Shown here: piece after piece, positions 31,601-45,310 of the stretch
Numbering within the stretch: position 1 is the first letter of the stretch
Layout: every line of letters starts with the position of its first letter
Assembly (NCBI GenBank): GCA_032718475.1
Contig: JAUCBJ010008093.1
Span: 1 to 64,000, forward strand
Reading direction: 5' to 3'
DNA length: 64,000 bases
From: Nemertoderma westbladi
Taxonomy: Eukaryota; Animalia; Xenacoelomorpha
Made by a program: the position numbers and the translations under genes
The notes under the pieces: model-generated
Told to the model about the DNA's origin: nothing
The model's database searches: none
The model's input: the letters and a program-made list of their open reading frames with translations, nothing else

Positions 31601-34127
31601 TCCCACCGTCAGAAATTGCCTGATTTGCCCCCAGCTGTTCGAAAACAACTAGCTAGCACAGACTTAGGTAGTACAGAACCCACAGACCAAATTAATAAAA
31701 TAGACAGACTCCCTACTATAGTAGATGAGCCTGAAATAATTAGGCCTGTTCTCGAAGCCACCCCTTCGGTGATAGAGACACCTGTACTCCCAGAACCTAC
31801 CTCTAAATTCCCTTTGCATAGCACTAAGCTACCTGTGCCCAGCAGAACAGCCCATGAGACAGTTCATGTCCTGGACTCCGAGCGAAATATTAATGATTTG
31901 TCGCCCGTTGTCCCTCGTCCGCCCGCTACAACGTTGGCGGCTCCCGCTTCGGCGGTCGAGTGGGCAGATGAGAGATGGCGGGTGATGGATCTCCTGCTCG
32001 GGCAGATGCAGGAGACTGTTAAGCAGTTCAAGGGCACAGTAAGGGATAGTAGGTTAGAGTTGCAAGAAGTGCAGCAAAGTATCGCGTTAGAACGCGATAA
32101 ATTAGTAAATACACAAAAGGGTATACCACCACCCCCGGTAACAATGTGTCAACCTGTTAGGTCTGAAGTATCTCATGCGCAAGGTGTGGAGCCTACACGC
32201 ATCTATACTGCTAGTGAAGTAGAAACTCCTATAGTGAACCCTATTAAGGGTAATTATAAACCTGTTGACAATGATATTCCCTATAGACCTGATCATAATC
32301 CGAGAAATTTATATACCGATAACTCGATATTAAATAACACGATGGCCCAAGAAAGTTTTACGCGTCAAATGGCTAGAACCGAAGCCCGTCAAGCGGTAAA
32401 GGTGGGAGAGATAGTCAAGTTCAATGGAGATGAGATGAAATGGTTACCTTTTAATGAATATTACAAAGATAACATACAGAACTCTGTGCTATCTAATGGA
32501 GAGAAACTTAGATTCCTCATTGAGTGCTTGGAAGGATCTCCCAAGTTAATGGCGTTAAAGTTTATTGGACATCCAGATGGATTAAGACAAGTTTGGGATA
32601 CACTAAACCGGTATGGTAATAGGAATAACATAGCTAAATATTTGTATGCAAAATTAGTAGCGCCCCAAAAGTTCATTAGCAGCGGGATAATAGAGTTTTC
32701 CGATGAGATTCAAGAGATCTGTAGACAATTAGATTGCTTAGGTAAGTCTCATGAATATCAGAGTTCTATGGTCATTGGAGCCGTGGCTTCTACTTTACCG
32801 AAGGGTGGAGTAGGTACACGCTGGGATAAAAAAGTGCTATATATGATGGAACAACAACGACGAGACCCTACCATGGCTGATCTCATGTCATTCTTAGATG
32901 GAGAAGTGAAATTACAGCTCCTAAAACAGTCCAGAGAGAAGACACCGGAAAACAAGGTAAGTGAGAAACCCGTTTCTAGGAGAAAGGTAACACCAGTGTG
33001 TTATACAGACGACAGCGAAAGCCAGACTTCTCAAGGAGAAGATAGCGGGAAAGACACTGAAAGATCTTATTAAGTCAATAAAATGCCTAAAGAACAGGTA
33101 AGTAAACTCAAGTCTCGAACCAATGACAGGAGAGAACAGGTAAGAAAAACTCCTCCTACGTCTCCTAAGAGAATTCAGGTGAGAAAGCCCGAAGAAAGAA
33201 CGAGTGTGCACAATGTTATTCAAAATAAGGTAAGTAACATCAAACCGAAATGTGCGCTATGTGATGGGACCCACCGTTTGAATATGTGTGATGAATTCCT
33301 GAAGAAATCATTAGCGGAGAGACGGGAAGTCATGTGGGATAAGCGGTTGTGTTATAATTGCCTCAGACAAGGACACCAACGGCGAACCTGTTACTCAGAC
33401 ACAAGGTGTGCAAAGTGCGGTGCGAAACATCATATCTTGTTGCACACTGAATTTGAGCGAAACAGCCAGAGTCAGGTAAGTGATTCCGAACTACATGTCC
33501 AATTCAGTGATGTGAACGACACTGACCAAAGTTCTGAGATGGAAGGATTCTATACAGATGAATTCTCCGACGAAGGTGAATCCTGTTACATGATAAATAC
33601 CGCAGTGTATCGAGCACTTACGTATGAAAAAGACACAGACAGCGACCTCACCCTAACCACTTCTGATCGACAACCATCTTGGAAAGCGCCACCTTCCAAT
33701 GTAGGAATCCGAGAATTTCCTGTAGTACAGGTAAGGGTCCACGGACCTAAAAGGAGTTATGTAGTGAACGCCCTCCTTGACAGTAACAGAGAGTACAGGA
33801 ACATTCATCGACAAAGAACTAGCCGAAGACATCTTTGCTGGACAACCCAAGTTCCGAACTAAGCTAAACATGTCAGGAATTATGCAGGTTTGGAAATCTA
33901 CAGTAATAGCGGATTATTATGTAGGTGCGTTGTCCACCCCCCAGGATGAACTAGGAGAACATAGTATAAGGTCAGTAAAAATGGTGGCGATAAAGAACTT
34001 CGCTACCACACAAGTGGAACCTTATAACTGGGATGAGGACGATTTCACCCAGCAGCTGGAAATACCTAGATTCAACACCGATTACCCTGGAGTACAAATA
34101 CTCATCGGTCAAAACGCGCATGAAGCG

Positions 34128-34275
34128 AAGAAGTAATATTTACTGCACCCTCATGGTAACATGATAAACTGTAACAAACTGTAATGTTTACCACCATGTA
34201 TGTATATAGCATAAAGTGATTTCCTCTCATGAGAGCCCATTGTTATAGATGTGTACATACAGGTCCCATATAATT
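34128..34275 (-). mobile_element. 148-bp retroposed fragment (LINE/SINE 3' end) with a 14-bp TSD
   Basis: ACGCGCATGAAGCG at 34114-34127 and 34276-34289. Removing the insert restores IGQNAHEALETLEK...GWYFTGP. Confidence 0.8.
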
Positions 34276-35752
34276 ACGCGCATGAAGCGCTCGAGACATT
34301 GGAGAAACGGCCCGCTCAACCGCAACCACTACAAGCTTATGCGGGAAGAACTAGAGTGGGTTGGTACTTTACTGGCCCTTCCCGCAGAACTCTCATGGAA
34401 AGATTACCGAAAGACCAAGTATGTCAAGTGAGAGAATGGGAAATCGAGGGCAGTGAGTTAGATGATCTAACTGAGGGAACACCATACTCCTCAGATAATG
34501 ACGATGTCCACCAACTTTTCGATGAGGAGAATACCATCGATCTCCTTAAGGAAAACGAGACTTGGCAAAACCAAGTGAACTTATGTCAGCTCCTTCTTCC
34601 ATCAGAACGAGACGACTATAACGACGAACTTAATGACGTCATTGAACGATATAATGCCAAGACTCGGGATGAACATGCCGTACGATTCTTTACTCAAGAG
34701 GCTGTAGAGCCCAATTCCTACGATAAGGCCCTATCGGTAGAAGAAGAAAGAGCCAAGCAGATCGAAGAGACAACTACACGTTTTCTTAAAGATCAAGGTA
34801 GATATGAAATCGGTCTACCTTTCCGAAAGCGAGAACCAAAGTTCATAAACAACAGACCCTTGGCGGAGAAAAGAATTGCTCAACTAATATCGACGTCTTA
34901 CGGCAAATTCTTCAGCTAAAGAAATGTAGCAGACGCAGTTGAAGAAATTTATTAACAAAGGATATGCGGAGCGAGTACCGGAAGGAACACCTATAACTGA
35001 GAGAACGTATTATTTAACACATCATTACGTTCCCAAACCCGGTAAACCTCATGAGGTACGAGTGGTGTTTGACGGCTCCGCCCTTTACATGGGCCAATCC
35101 CTTAATTCCGAGTTGTTACCAGGACCCAACTTACTCCAATCCTTGTTGGGAATACTCTTAAGATTACGACAATATTCAATCGCTTTCGCCTCCGATATAG
35201 AAGGCATGTTCTTACAAGTCAAGGCACTGGATAGGGATCGAGATAGCCTACGATTTCTGTGGTGGCCTGAAGGAGACCTCAACCAGAAACCGGTGGAATA
35301 TTGGATGACCATCCAGGCTTTTGGGATAATCACGAGCCCTTCAAACGCCTGTTCAGTGGTGCGCACCACTGCTGATGACAACCGGGAAGCCTTCTCTAAA
35401 GAGGTGATCGACAACATCAAACGGGATATATACATGGACGACAATTTAAAGTCCCTTCCATCAGTCGAAGAAGCCATTGACGTCGCCAAAGGAACGGTAG
35501 AGTGCTTAAAAAGAGGTGGATTTCGATTAACTAAATTCACCAGCAACTCCCGTGAGTTTCTGGAATCGATCCCGGTAGAAGATCGAGGAGCGAAAGACCT
35601 AGACCTAATCAAAGATGATCTTCCAGAAACCAAGACACTTGGTTTGAAATGGGACACAGAGAGAGATATCCTGTTTTTCCAGCTAAAACAGCGAGATAAT
35701 CCAGTTCGGACTAAATGGATTTGTTTAAGTATCCTGAGCACTTATTTCGATC

Positions 35753-35993
35753 GGATGTAGGACAATTCGGTCCCGGACAATTCGGTCCCGGACAATTCGG
35801 TCCGGACAATTCGGTCCCGGACAATTCGGTCCCGGACAATTCGGTCCCAAAACACTAAATAAATGGGACCGAATTGTCCGGGACCGAATTGTCCTAGGAC
35901 CGAATTGTCCTAGGACCGAATTGTCCGGGACCGAATTGTCCGGGACCGAATTGTCCGGGACCGAATTGTCCGGGACCGAATTGTCCTGCTTCC
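35753..35993. mobile_element. MULE/foldback-like MITE built of 15-bp GGACAATTCGGTCCC repeats
   Basis: 9-bp TSD ATTTCGATC (35744-35752, 35994-36002) and inverted arrays. Removing the insert restores STYFDPLGFISP. Confidence 0.9.
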
Positions 35994-37785
35994 ATTTCGA
36001 TCCATTGGGATTTATTAGCCCAGTTATATTGATTGCTCGGAGTTTAGTACAACAAATGTGGCTTGAAAACCACTCATGGGACGATCCACTTAAGGGAGAA
36101 TTATTAAAGAAGTGAATGAAATGGGAAGATTCTCTACCAGCCATCGAGAACTTTATAATTTCCCGTTCATATTTTGGTCATGTTCTCCCTACGTATTCCT
36201 ATCAACTCCATGTGTTTGGAGACGCCAGCGATATGGGAATAGGTATAGTAGCCTACCTAAGAGTGGAAACTCCGGATGGAATCAAAGTCGCCTTGGTTAC
36301 CTCTAAGGCATTGATAAACAACAAGTTGAAATTCCTCGAGCGGAGTTAAAAGCGGCTCTATATGCTACAGCCATCGGCCGGAATGTAACAGAACAGATCG
36401 ATTATCCGTTGGAGAAAACTGTCTATTGGACCGATGCTTTACTCGTGTTGGAGTATATAACCAATGAAGTCTGTCAGTTCAGCGTCTTCGTTACCAACAG
36501 AGTAGCCATTATACTTAGTCGCACGAAGATGGATCAATGGAGACATTGCCCCGGAACGATTAATCCAGCAGACATCGCCTCCAGGGGAGCAACTCCACAA
36601 GAACTGATAGATACTCCAGACTGGTTAGGTGGACCCGACTTCCTCTACAAAGAAGAAGAAGAATGGCCTCCTCATCTTACTACGGCAGAGATTAGACAGG
36701 CCAAGGGAGCGGAGAAAGTCAAACCTAAAACTCGGGCGAGTAAATCGAAGTTATTTAAACCTATGGTAGATCTGTCTGTACTACATACTTCCGGAGACGA
36801 CGCTTTGGATCAGAAACCCACAGCCACAAATAAGTCTATAGTGGAAATCCGTGAGAAGGATTGGAAATCTGGAATACCAGACGTCTCGCAAGGACTCTCA
36901 CCTCTCCTGCAGAGAGCGATACATCACTACAGTTCCTGGAATCGGCTCTGGAAGGCCGTTACATATTTAAGACGATGTTTTCATCATCACTACTCCGGGA
37001 CGAAGACCAATAGTGATACTGCTCCACTGACATCTGTGCAGGTCCATGTTGTTAAAGATCTTCCCAAATATAAGATATCCGACAGGTTTCTGAAGGAGAA
37101 GATCAGTTATCAGGAGCATGAAGAAACCAACAAGCAGATGTTGAGACTCCTGCAATGCTATGAGGATTCCGATAAGTATTTCCTGTTGTTGAGAAATCCA
37201 CAGATGCGCTTAAGGGATCGTTTCTCTAGCACAATGATAGATGGGTTGATACGTGTTGGAGGAAGATTAACGAATGCTCCATTATCCTTTGACACTAAGT
37301 TTCCCATACTCATTAGAAATCTTGAAATACAAGTCAAGATGATGATTGTAGATGTTCACAGCAAACTTTATCATGCTGGTAGAGAACGAGTTCTTAGCAA
37401 AATTCGAACTCGCTATTATTTTTATAAACCCCGTAGAGCTCTGAACCAAGTTCTTAGGAACTGCATACCCTGTAGGAAAGCATTCAGTAGGCCTTTAACA
37501 CAGCGAGAGGCAGAATTACCTAGGGAACGAGAAAGCTTCTATGAACCACCCTTTACTAATACCGGTGTAGATTTATTTGGCCCTATTGAAGTATATCGTG
37601 CGAGGACTATAGTCAAGAGATGGTGTGTCATCTTTGTTTGTATGACTTGTAGAGCTATCCATCTCGATATGGTGAACGATTTATCTACCAACAGCTTCCT
37701 ATTAAGCTTACGACGACAGATCGCTCGCTTTGGAACTAGTAACACGATGAGATCTGATAAGGGAACGAACTTCATTGGTGCCAAC

Positions 37786-39351
37786 TAGGGTTCAACAGAA
37801 GCCACTTTATGTGGCCGAACCGAACCGAACCGAAGCAGGGCCAACTTCGGGCCGAACCGAACCGAATCCAAACCGAAGTTCAGAAAGTTAGCAAGTTATG
37901 GTCATAAATTCGTATTTACGTCACTATACTGGCTGACTGGCAGTGGCAGACTGGCACCTATTTGGTCTGCGGACTTAGCGAGAAAGCTATGATTAATGAA
38001 AAAAATAAATACTACAAAATAAAAATGGCAATATTTACATTTCTGTACATTACTAACCTAAACTACTGTATACTTACCGTACTGTATGCATGCACTTACT
38101 GTATGCACCACATTTTCACCCGTAGTAAGCCGTACAGTAGTGATATCAAATTTAGAAAACCTCACTAAAAGTACAGGTAGTCTTTGTAATACTATTTATA
38201 TGAGGTAGTAGGTATATTTGGTATTATGTATCAAACAGTCAAAGTTATGATTAATTAAAAAATAGGGTACTACAAAGTAAAATGGCAATATTTAGCCTAA
38301 CCTAAACTACTGTATAGGTAATTAAGCTAATTTTGAAACTACCCAAGTAATCTGGAAACAATTAAAAAAATAATGCCATTTAAATGGAAGTTCAGTCCAA
38401 AATTAAGGGTGTAAACGTTAAGTAGACAGTGGTGCAGACACCTGGTGCGGCCAGTGGTGCAGACACTGGTGCAGACAGTGGTGCAGACACCAGGTGCAGA
38501 CACGTGGTGTCAGACAGTGGTGCAGACACCTGGTGAAAATACTGAAATACCAGAGTACCACAAAACATAATACCACCAGGCACTATTATATTACTGTATT
38601 ATATTTTATCATAGACTTTATTATCATTTATTATCATAGCACATTAAGTTATTGTCTCATGCTGGGGATATACATTCACTAACTACAGTAAGGTCTCAGG
38701 AATTCTTAGCCCGCGAGTATTCTTAGCCTGCGAGTATTCTTGGCCCTTGGGTATTCTTAGCCCGCAAAACAATAACGTTTATTGTTTTGGTTCCCCCAAT
38801 ACTCCTCTGAAACCTGCTCCTTTACTAAACTGCTTCTTTACTAACCTGCTCGCCCCTTTACTGTCTGCACCAGTGTCTGCACCACTGCCTGCACCACTGT
38901 CTGCACCACTGTCTGCACCAGTGTCTGCACCACTGTCTGCACCAGGTGTCTGCACCACATGTCTGCACCAGTGTCTGCACCACTGTCTGCACCAATGTCT
39001 GCACCACTGTCTGCACCAGTGCGTGCACCACTGTCTGCACCAGGTGTCTGCACCACTGTCTGCACCAGGTATCTGCACCACTGTCTGCATCACTGTCTGC
39101 ACCACTGTCTGCTCTGCACCAGTGTCTGCTTAACGTTTACACTCCAAAATTAATTAGTACAATGATGGACAGATTGATTAGTCTTACTGTCTTCTGGTCT
39201 TAGCTCAATCAGTCAATGTAGCCTAATACTTGGAATATTTAGCAAAGTTTGCTCCGGGCTTCTGCAGTATCAATTGCAGAAGCCGAACCGAACCGAAATT
39301 TCCAAACTTCGGCCCGAACCGAACCGAAGCCGAAGCTTCTGTTGAGCCCTA
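37786..39351. mobile_element. hAT-like non-autonomous element in the element 2 integrase
   Basis: TIR TAGGG(T/C)TCAACAGAAGC, 8-bp TSD GTGCCAAC (37778-37785, 39352-39359), and CCGAA subterminal repeats. Confidence 0.92.
38407..39144. mobile_element. MULE-like foldback MITE nested in the hAT element
   Basis: TIR G(G/A)GTGTAAACGTTAAG, 9-bp TSD CAAAATTAA (38398-38406, 39145-39153), and inverted 12-bp GTCTGCACCACT arrays. Confidence 0.88.
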
Positions 39352-41705
39352 GTGCCAACAATGAAATCAAAGCTTACGTCAAGGATTGGAACCAAAGACA
39401 GGTGGACGATCAGCTAAGGGTAACAGCGTCTAGCTGGACCTTCAACGCCGCCGACGCCCCTTGGTGGGGAGGAAGTTGGGAGAGATTAATCAGGAGCGTG
39501 AAGACCGCATTTCACTTTATAGTGTCGTACCGCTTATGCCAGTCTCATCGAGTCCCGATTCCCTGGAAGCGCTAACACCCGCGCACTTCCTACTGAAGAA
39601 ACCTGTAGCCATGCTCCCACAATCGGAAATCACAGACGGAGACGAATACTGCCGGCAAACTTGGCAACTTATGCAGTTGTTATCCCGTCGTTTCGCTGAC
39701 CATTTCGAAAAACATTATCTGCCCACGCTACAACTTCGAACTAAGTGGTTTGCGCAGCAAGAAAACGTCAGCGCTGGAGACATGGTCCTTATTGTGGATT
39801 CAGATCTTCCACGTAAGCGGTGGCAGACAGGTCGTATCATCGAGACTCACATCTCGGATGACGGTTTGGTGCGATCGGTAGAACTCGTTGTCATGCGACG
39901 TAACTTCAAGAAACCGGGAATTGTCTTCGAGACACAGCAGCTCAATCGCCCAGTTGGTCGTTTATGTTTACTGGAAAGAGACAGAGAACTCTCCGGAAAC
40001 TATGGAAGAGAAGATACTCTTCCCACGACCACCTCCCTAATCCAACAAACATCTAGGGACTCCCCAGCTTAGTAGCGTATGGAATGGGTGTGTGACCATA
40101 TTATTTTATATTCTTATCATTTTATATTTATGTATGTATTATTATGTAATTTTATTATAATCATTTTCTTTAATTTTATTTAGTAGAATGTTATTTTAGC
40201 GATTATTTAGTAGATTAGTGCAATATATATTCTCGTTTATTACTTAATTACTTATATATTATATATTTAGTGCGACGGCGAGAAATAATTCTTTTTCTCT
40301 TTCCTTACTGTCCGTATTACATTACAAATACGTAACTACAGTAATATGAAATATCCGTACTTATTAAAGTACAATAAAGCTCCTACTATATTCAAGTATT
40401 ATTGGTAAAGTAGAGTATTAGGAATGCAAAATTCAGATCCTCGTGTCTCGGCTAAACAAGCTCTGGGTAGACCTTGGAAACGACTTGCCTCTTCTCACTG
40501 ACATTGCTTCGTGCGATATTGCTCTCATACCGTATATTAAATAATACATATAGTAGCGTGATGTCCCTTTAACAGTAGCGTACAACGCAAAATAAATCTG
40601 TTAAACCCTTTGACCATCTGTAATTCTAGTCGATTAAGATATCGCGGCACCCACCGATATACTTAAAAGACAAAATTCTAGAATCAATGGTTAACGTCCC
40701 CAGACATGTTCTGGAATAAACCGGTGCCCATCCTAAATATTAATTATTAATATTTACAAAATCTGTCAAATTTTAGATCCTTTAAAATTCTAGTCTATTA
40801 AGATATCGTAGCACTTACCGATATTCTTAAAAAGACCAATTTCCTAGAATCAAGGATCCTAGTCCCCAGACATGTTCTGGAATAAAATTGTGTCTATTTA
40901 ATATTAAATAATAAAATTTACGGGAATAAATTTAAATTCATATTTAATGAATTTGATAAATTGTCATTTTTATACAATTTATAACATTCTCAAAATTCCA
41001 TTAATTAATAGATCATGGGAGCGGAGGTTCACCCTATTAAGTGTATTAGTGTGCGAGAATCTCTGATATATAGTAAATAGCCGATAAAATTCATAAAATC
41101 ATGTATAAAGAGGAATATTGACAATTAAAGAATTACTATTAAATAGCATCCCAGATCTGTATGCATGAGAATTACCCTAATTCTACCGCTAGCTTTCCAT
41201 AATGTCACCATGGCAACAACCACGCTAGAATTAGAAGTGAGTTTAAAGAACAATAAAGGCTTGCCCCATTGAATAGCATAAGGAATAAATAGCACACTGC
41301 TAGTATCCAAAGATACCCAATAATAACGTGACATTCTGGAAGGCACTTGACTAACGTACAAATGGCCCGAATGTGTGAGGTTTGTGACAGTTGTGTGGAA
41401 TTTGTGCGTTTATAGGTGAATGTTACTACTAAAGTGTGTTTACAGTAGCGAGTCGCAATTGTGAAAGTAGCCCTAACTCTCCAGTAAGAACCTGAAGTAA
41501 ATCTAAGCCTTTGGGACGGACGGTGGAGTGACTCGCGCTGGTTGTTGTGGTCGTTGTGCAGCTACTACGTTGGCGATAGGCACATCGGCGAAAGTACACC
41601 AGCGCTGAGGATCTTGCGCTGTCCGGGGGCCGAGAGGGGTAGGCAGCGACGCCCGCTAGCCTAAATATCAACTCATTATAATATTGATAAACTCATATAG
41701 CAGCT

Positions 41706-42152
41706 ATGACTCAGTTGATAGAAGATGATCTTGGTATCAGGGAGAAATATACTCTACCGTTGCAAGCGTTTGTTGATAGCTTGATACGCAGCGACGCTAG
41801 TCCAACTACTATGGAGGACGATGGTCGTTATATCGAACCGCCGATGTCCCAGGAGCAACTTACGCGTGAATTGGACTATCGAAAATTCACTGCTAGCTAT
41901 ACGCATTGTAATGGTACGTATATGGACTTCTTAACTACTGGCCATCCTATCGATTTATACGATACGGACGATATCGACACTGAAAGGGAAATGGTCCTGT
42001 TTAAATATCATACCCAGCGGAGTCGGAACGATAAATTGAGAATCGAATGCGAAAAGTCTATTCGAAATCGACTCGAAAGAGAAGACGTTAAAGAACCGGA
42101 TAAACGCGGTAACTCCAACGTATATTTGGAATTCTTGAGAGAAACATTGTAA
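41706..42152 (+). CDS. 3' accessory ORF of element 2 (unknown function; probably continues, degraded, to 42518)
   Basis: The first ~123 aa closely match 44912-45310 (-). A downstream frame contains WYYCNECPRP..H..C and is cut by LTR C. Confidence 0.65.
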   Translation: MTQLIEDDLGIREKYTLPLQAFVDSLIRSDASPTTMEDDGRYIEPPMSQEQLTRELDYRKFTASYTHCNGTYMDFLTTGHPIDLYDTDDIDTEREMVLFKYHTQRSRNDKLRIECEKSIRNRLEREDVKEPDKRGNSNVYLEFLRETL

Positions 42153-42518
42153 AACCGAATAAATATCACCCGCGTTTCCCATACAAGACGTGCGTCTTTG
42201 GTATTATTGCAATGAATGCCCAAGACCCAACCAACAAACGGAAAGACATAAACATCCGTAGAGACGTTGCTTTAAACACGGTTTTACTCGCTATATTTAC
42301 GGGAGTTTCGAGCGAAACTTGTTCGATGTATCATCTACGCTCGCTCGATTCATACAATCCTTAAATAAACCTATGATCAGAGTTCCGGAATACTCGGTCA
42401 GACCTCCTCATTCCCTAGTTAGACCTCAGACTCTTGATCCTAATAGCATCATGGATCCTCCCGAACTGTACTCACTGTTCAAAGATCTAGTGCTACCTGA
42501 ACAGTTAGTCGGTGGCAC

Positions 42519-43782
42519 TGTACGCGCTTTTGAAGACCTTTAGCAGTTTAACCTGCCAAAATTTAGATGTCTTTTGATTTATAAATATACTTTAGAAGAT
42601 GACAAATATTTAATACCAATAAACACAACATTAGCAGAAGCCAGCCTAGTGCGCGTCCATTCACCCGCTGGATAATCCCGGGAGACTGGATTCTGTCGGC
42701 TTAGATTATTATTGCAGTGAAGCTTATTGTACTGTATTATTCGATTGATCGTTAATAATTAATTTCTGACTAATATTATTCACTTTCGGGAAATATTAAC
42801 AGTTCCTTTAGGACGTGGCGCTCTATCTAAGTAAACAGAGATATGACTTATACTAATCACAACGGTAAGTCGGTAAGGCTTATGATTCACGTATGAGGCG
42901 CATTCTTTAGGAAATGCTTAGTTATCAATCACAATCATGCACACTACCGGTAACACACAATACTGCCCACTAATTTGCCGACCGTCAATGATTTTTATCA
43001 TATATAAAGAGAACAGCAACGGACCAATGTAGTGCTTATCAAATAGCATTAAATTCACTACAAACCACAACAATATAAGTCGCAATCGCTATATATAACC
43101 CGTCTCTCTAACCTGTAGTGTATCAAGAAAATTGGGAAATTTGGGTTCTTTAGATATGTTCTCCAAATAATATTCAACCAAAACACAACAGTAAACAGCA
43201 TTAAGACGGTAAGTTAAGATATGATATGACAAGATGTGAACAAAGTATTGTTATGCATTGATATGAATCGATAACAGTCATACGCTCTATAATTTAAGCC
43301 TACTAATGTTTCTTCTAAAGTATGAAAACGAATTGACTCTAGAGCCGTTGTTCCTGGCCTAGATAGCAACAACACAAAGTATCAAGTAAAAACAGTAAGA
43401 CTGAACACTCTCCTTATGATCGGCCGAAAAGCTACACGTCGACAGGAAAAATCGCTCTGATTGGCTCAAGCCAAACAAAGAACCATGCGTCCAATGGCTG
43501 TTTCCATGTCAGCAACCAGCTGTTAGATGTCGTAATATGAATCATCACGGCTAAGCTGTGAAAGGTATTTGGTGCATTGCAGGTTTTTTGCCTTACCATG
43601 TCCGCTAAAACACGTATATAGCAGAATGACTTTTATGTCCGTTAAAACACCTGTAACGGTACCTTGCGGGCGAGGGGAATATATGTACAGTTAGAGAACC
43701 TTTTTAGAGTATTCCAGCGCCTGGGGGGAAACTGGATTGCGAAGCAAAAAGGGGCCAGTTATATCCCACAGAAGCTTTTACA
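42519..43782 (-). mobile_element. 3' LTR of element 3 (copy C, 1264 bp)
   Basis: On the minus strand, PPT-like GGGAGCGG (43783-43790) is followed by TGTAAAAGCTT...AAAGCGCGTACA. Homologous to LTR B. Confidence 0.87.
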
Positions 43783-43903
43783 CCGCTCCCAGAAAATGGG
43801 ATTTGAGTCTATAAAATATACAAAATCACAGTTTCTAATATACGTAAATACTCTAAACAGTTAGTCTTTCTTGCGCGGACGGTGTTTACGCAGTTTTTTA
43901 AAG

Positions 43904-45310
43904 CTAGCCAGAGTCCTTTTCTCTTTGGGGGCGAGCCACTATACAAGGAGGGCTATAACTCCTGGGTGAAGGGTGCAATATGATTGCATCAGAGGGTGTA
44001 GGATTATGGTCGGTGTATCCGCCAGTCGAAGTACCGGGTTGATTGACATCAACGTCCGGGGAGAGGGGTCTAACGGCTTTGAGAGCTCGTTTCAAGACAG
44101 CCGCTCTTACGGGTCCTTTACGAGTGGTCTGAACGAGGGCCGTGGGTGGACCATAGGCAGTTAGAAACCTCCAGGGTTTAATGGTCCTTTCCAACTCGCG
44201 TTCGCGGGCTCGGTATTCGTAAGGCCGTCGATGTACTTCCTGTAACTCGGGGTGTGAGTTAACAAACAAGTCTCCATAGTCCGGATCCTGACGGATATAA
44301 TTGATTAAGTTATAGGAATGAAGGTCGCTAGGATTAACACTCCTGAGAAATTTGCGTACGAATTTAGTTGAAATACATTCTCCGACGCGCTTCAGTAGTT
44401 CGTAACTCGATATGCGTGATTTCTGTTCGACAGAAGCGAATAGATAAGGATGGAACGCATAAATTCCTTCATAAGCGCGTCCAGGATAATAACGATGGCG
44501 CGAATCACAATGTAAATCAGCGTTCGCTTCCCAAGCTCTGATGTAACGTAGTGTGATCATTTCATCTACGCTTTTCAAATCGTGATTAAAAGGGCAATCG
44601 AAACTGGCGCGTCCCTTTAGTTGACAATGGTGACATTGAGTCATAAATTGAGGGCAAACCGCAAAAATGTGCAAGTTATTGAGTCTGCAATACGCACAAT
44701 AAATTTCCATCACCGGTTGTTCGTGGAAATAGGAACAGCGGACGTTTGTGTCCATGGGCGTAACATGGTCTCTCGATGCGCATAACCGACAACGTTGCCG
44801 AGAAACATAGTTGGCATGGCGATAATTGGACGCAGTGAGACACTGTGGACCTTGATACCATTCTAGGATGTAATCGTTGTCGCTGTTCCGGGCGCGATAG
44901 GCTGAATCTCCTCAGATTCTAGGCATATTGGTTCGTCTTCCCAGTCTGTTACGAATAGAATTTTCGTGATCTATTCTCGGTTTATCGTTCCGACTCTGCT
45001 GGGTATGATATTTAAATAGAACCATTTCCCTTTCGGTGTCTACATCGTCCGTATCATGTAAATCGATAGGATGGCCGGTAGTTAGGAAGTCCATATACGT
45101 ACTATTACGATGCGTGTAGCGAGCGGTGGATTTTCGATAGTCCAATTCACGCGCAAGTTGCTCTTGGGACATCGGCGGTTCGATATAACGACCATCGTCC
45201 TCCGTAATGGTTGGATCGGCTTCACCGCGTATTAAGCTATCCACAAATGCTTGCAAAGGTAGAGTATATCGCTCCCTAATACCAAGATCATCTTCTATCA
45301 ACTCCGTCAT
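43904..45310 (-). CDS. 3' accessory ORF of element 3: ~468-codon multi zinc-knuckle protein interrupted by one in-frame TGA (44912-44914)
   Basis: ORFs 44912-45310 and 43904-44755 share a frame and the bridge is stop-free (GDSAYRARNSDNDYILEWYQGPQCLTASNYRHANYVSRQR). Motifs CRLCASRDH..C, CAYCRLNNLHIFAVC and CHHCQLKGRASFDC. Confidence 0.72.

Larger units (their letters stand above)
30066..40072 (+). pseudogene. Disrupted BEL/Pao gag-pol of element 2
   Basis: Fragments carry KFNGDEMKW gag, CALCDGTH/CYNCLRQGH/CAKCGAKHHILLH knuckles, ALLDS protease, IYMDD RT, VFGDAS RNase H and GVDLFGP/SDKGTNF/GGSWERL integrase. Multiple frameshifts, stops and insertions, plus a ~70-bp deletion at ~39527 relative to element 3. 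Confidence 0.93.
26618..42518 (+). mobile_element. BEL/Pao element 2 (decayed; 3' end interrupted by element 3)
   Basis: LTR, 2.2-kb 5' UTR, fragmented gag-pol at 30066-40072, 3' region and accessory ORF. No 3' LTR in the window. Confidence 0.85.

Noticed and set aside
35725-36144. ORFs with GTELS/PDNSV repeats
   Set aside because: Products of the 15-bp repeat MITE.
38392-39203. Cys/His- and Ala/Pro-rich ORFs (CLHHCLHQ, SAPLSAPV)
   Set aside because: Translations of 12-bp MITE subterminal repeats that are open in several frames.
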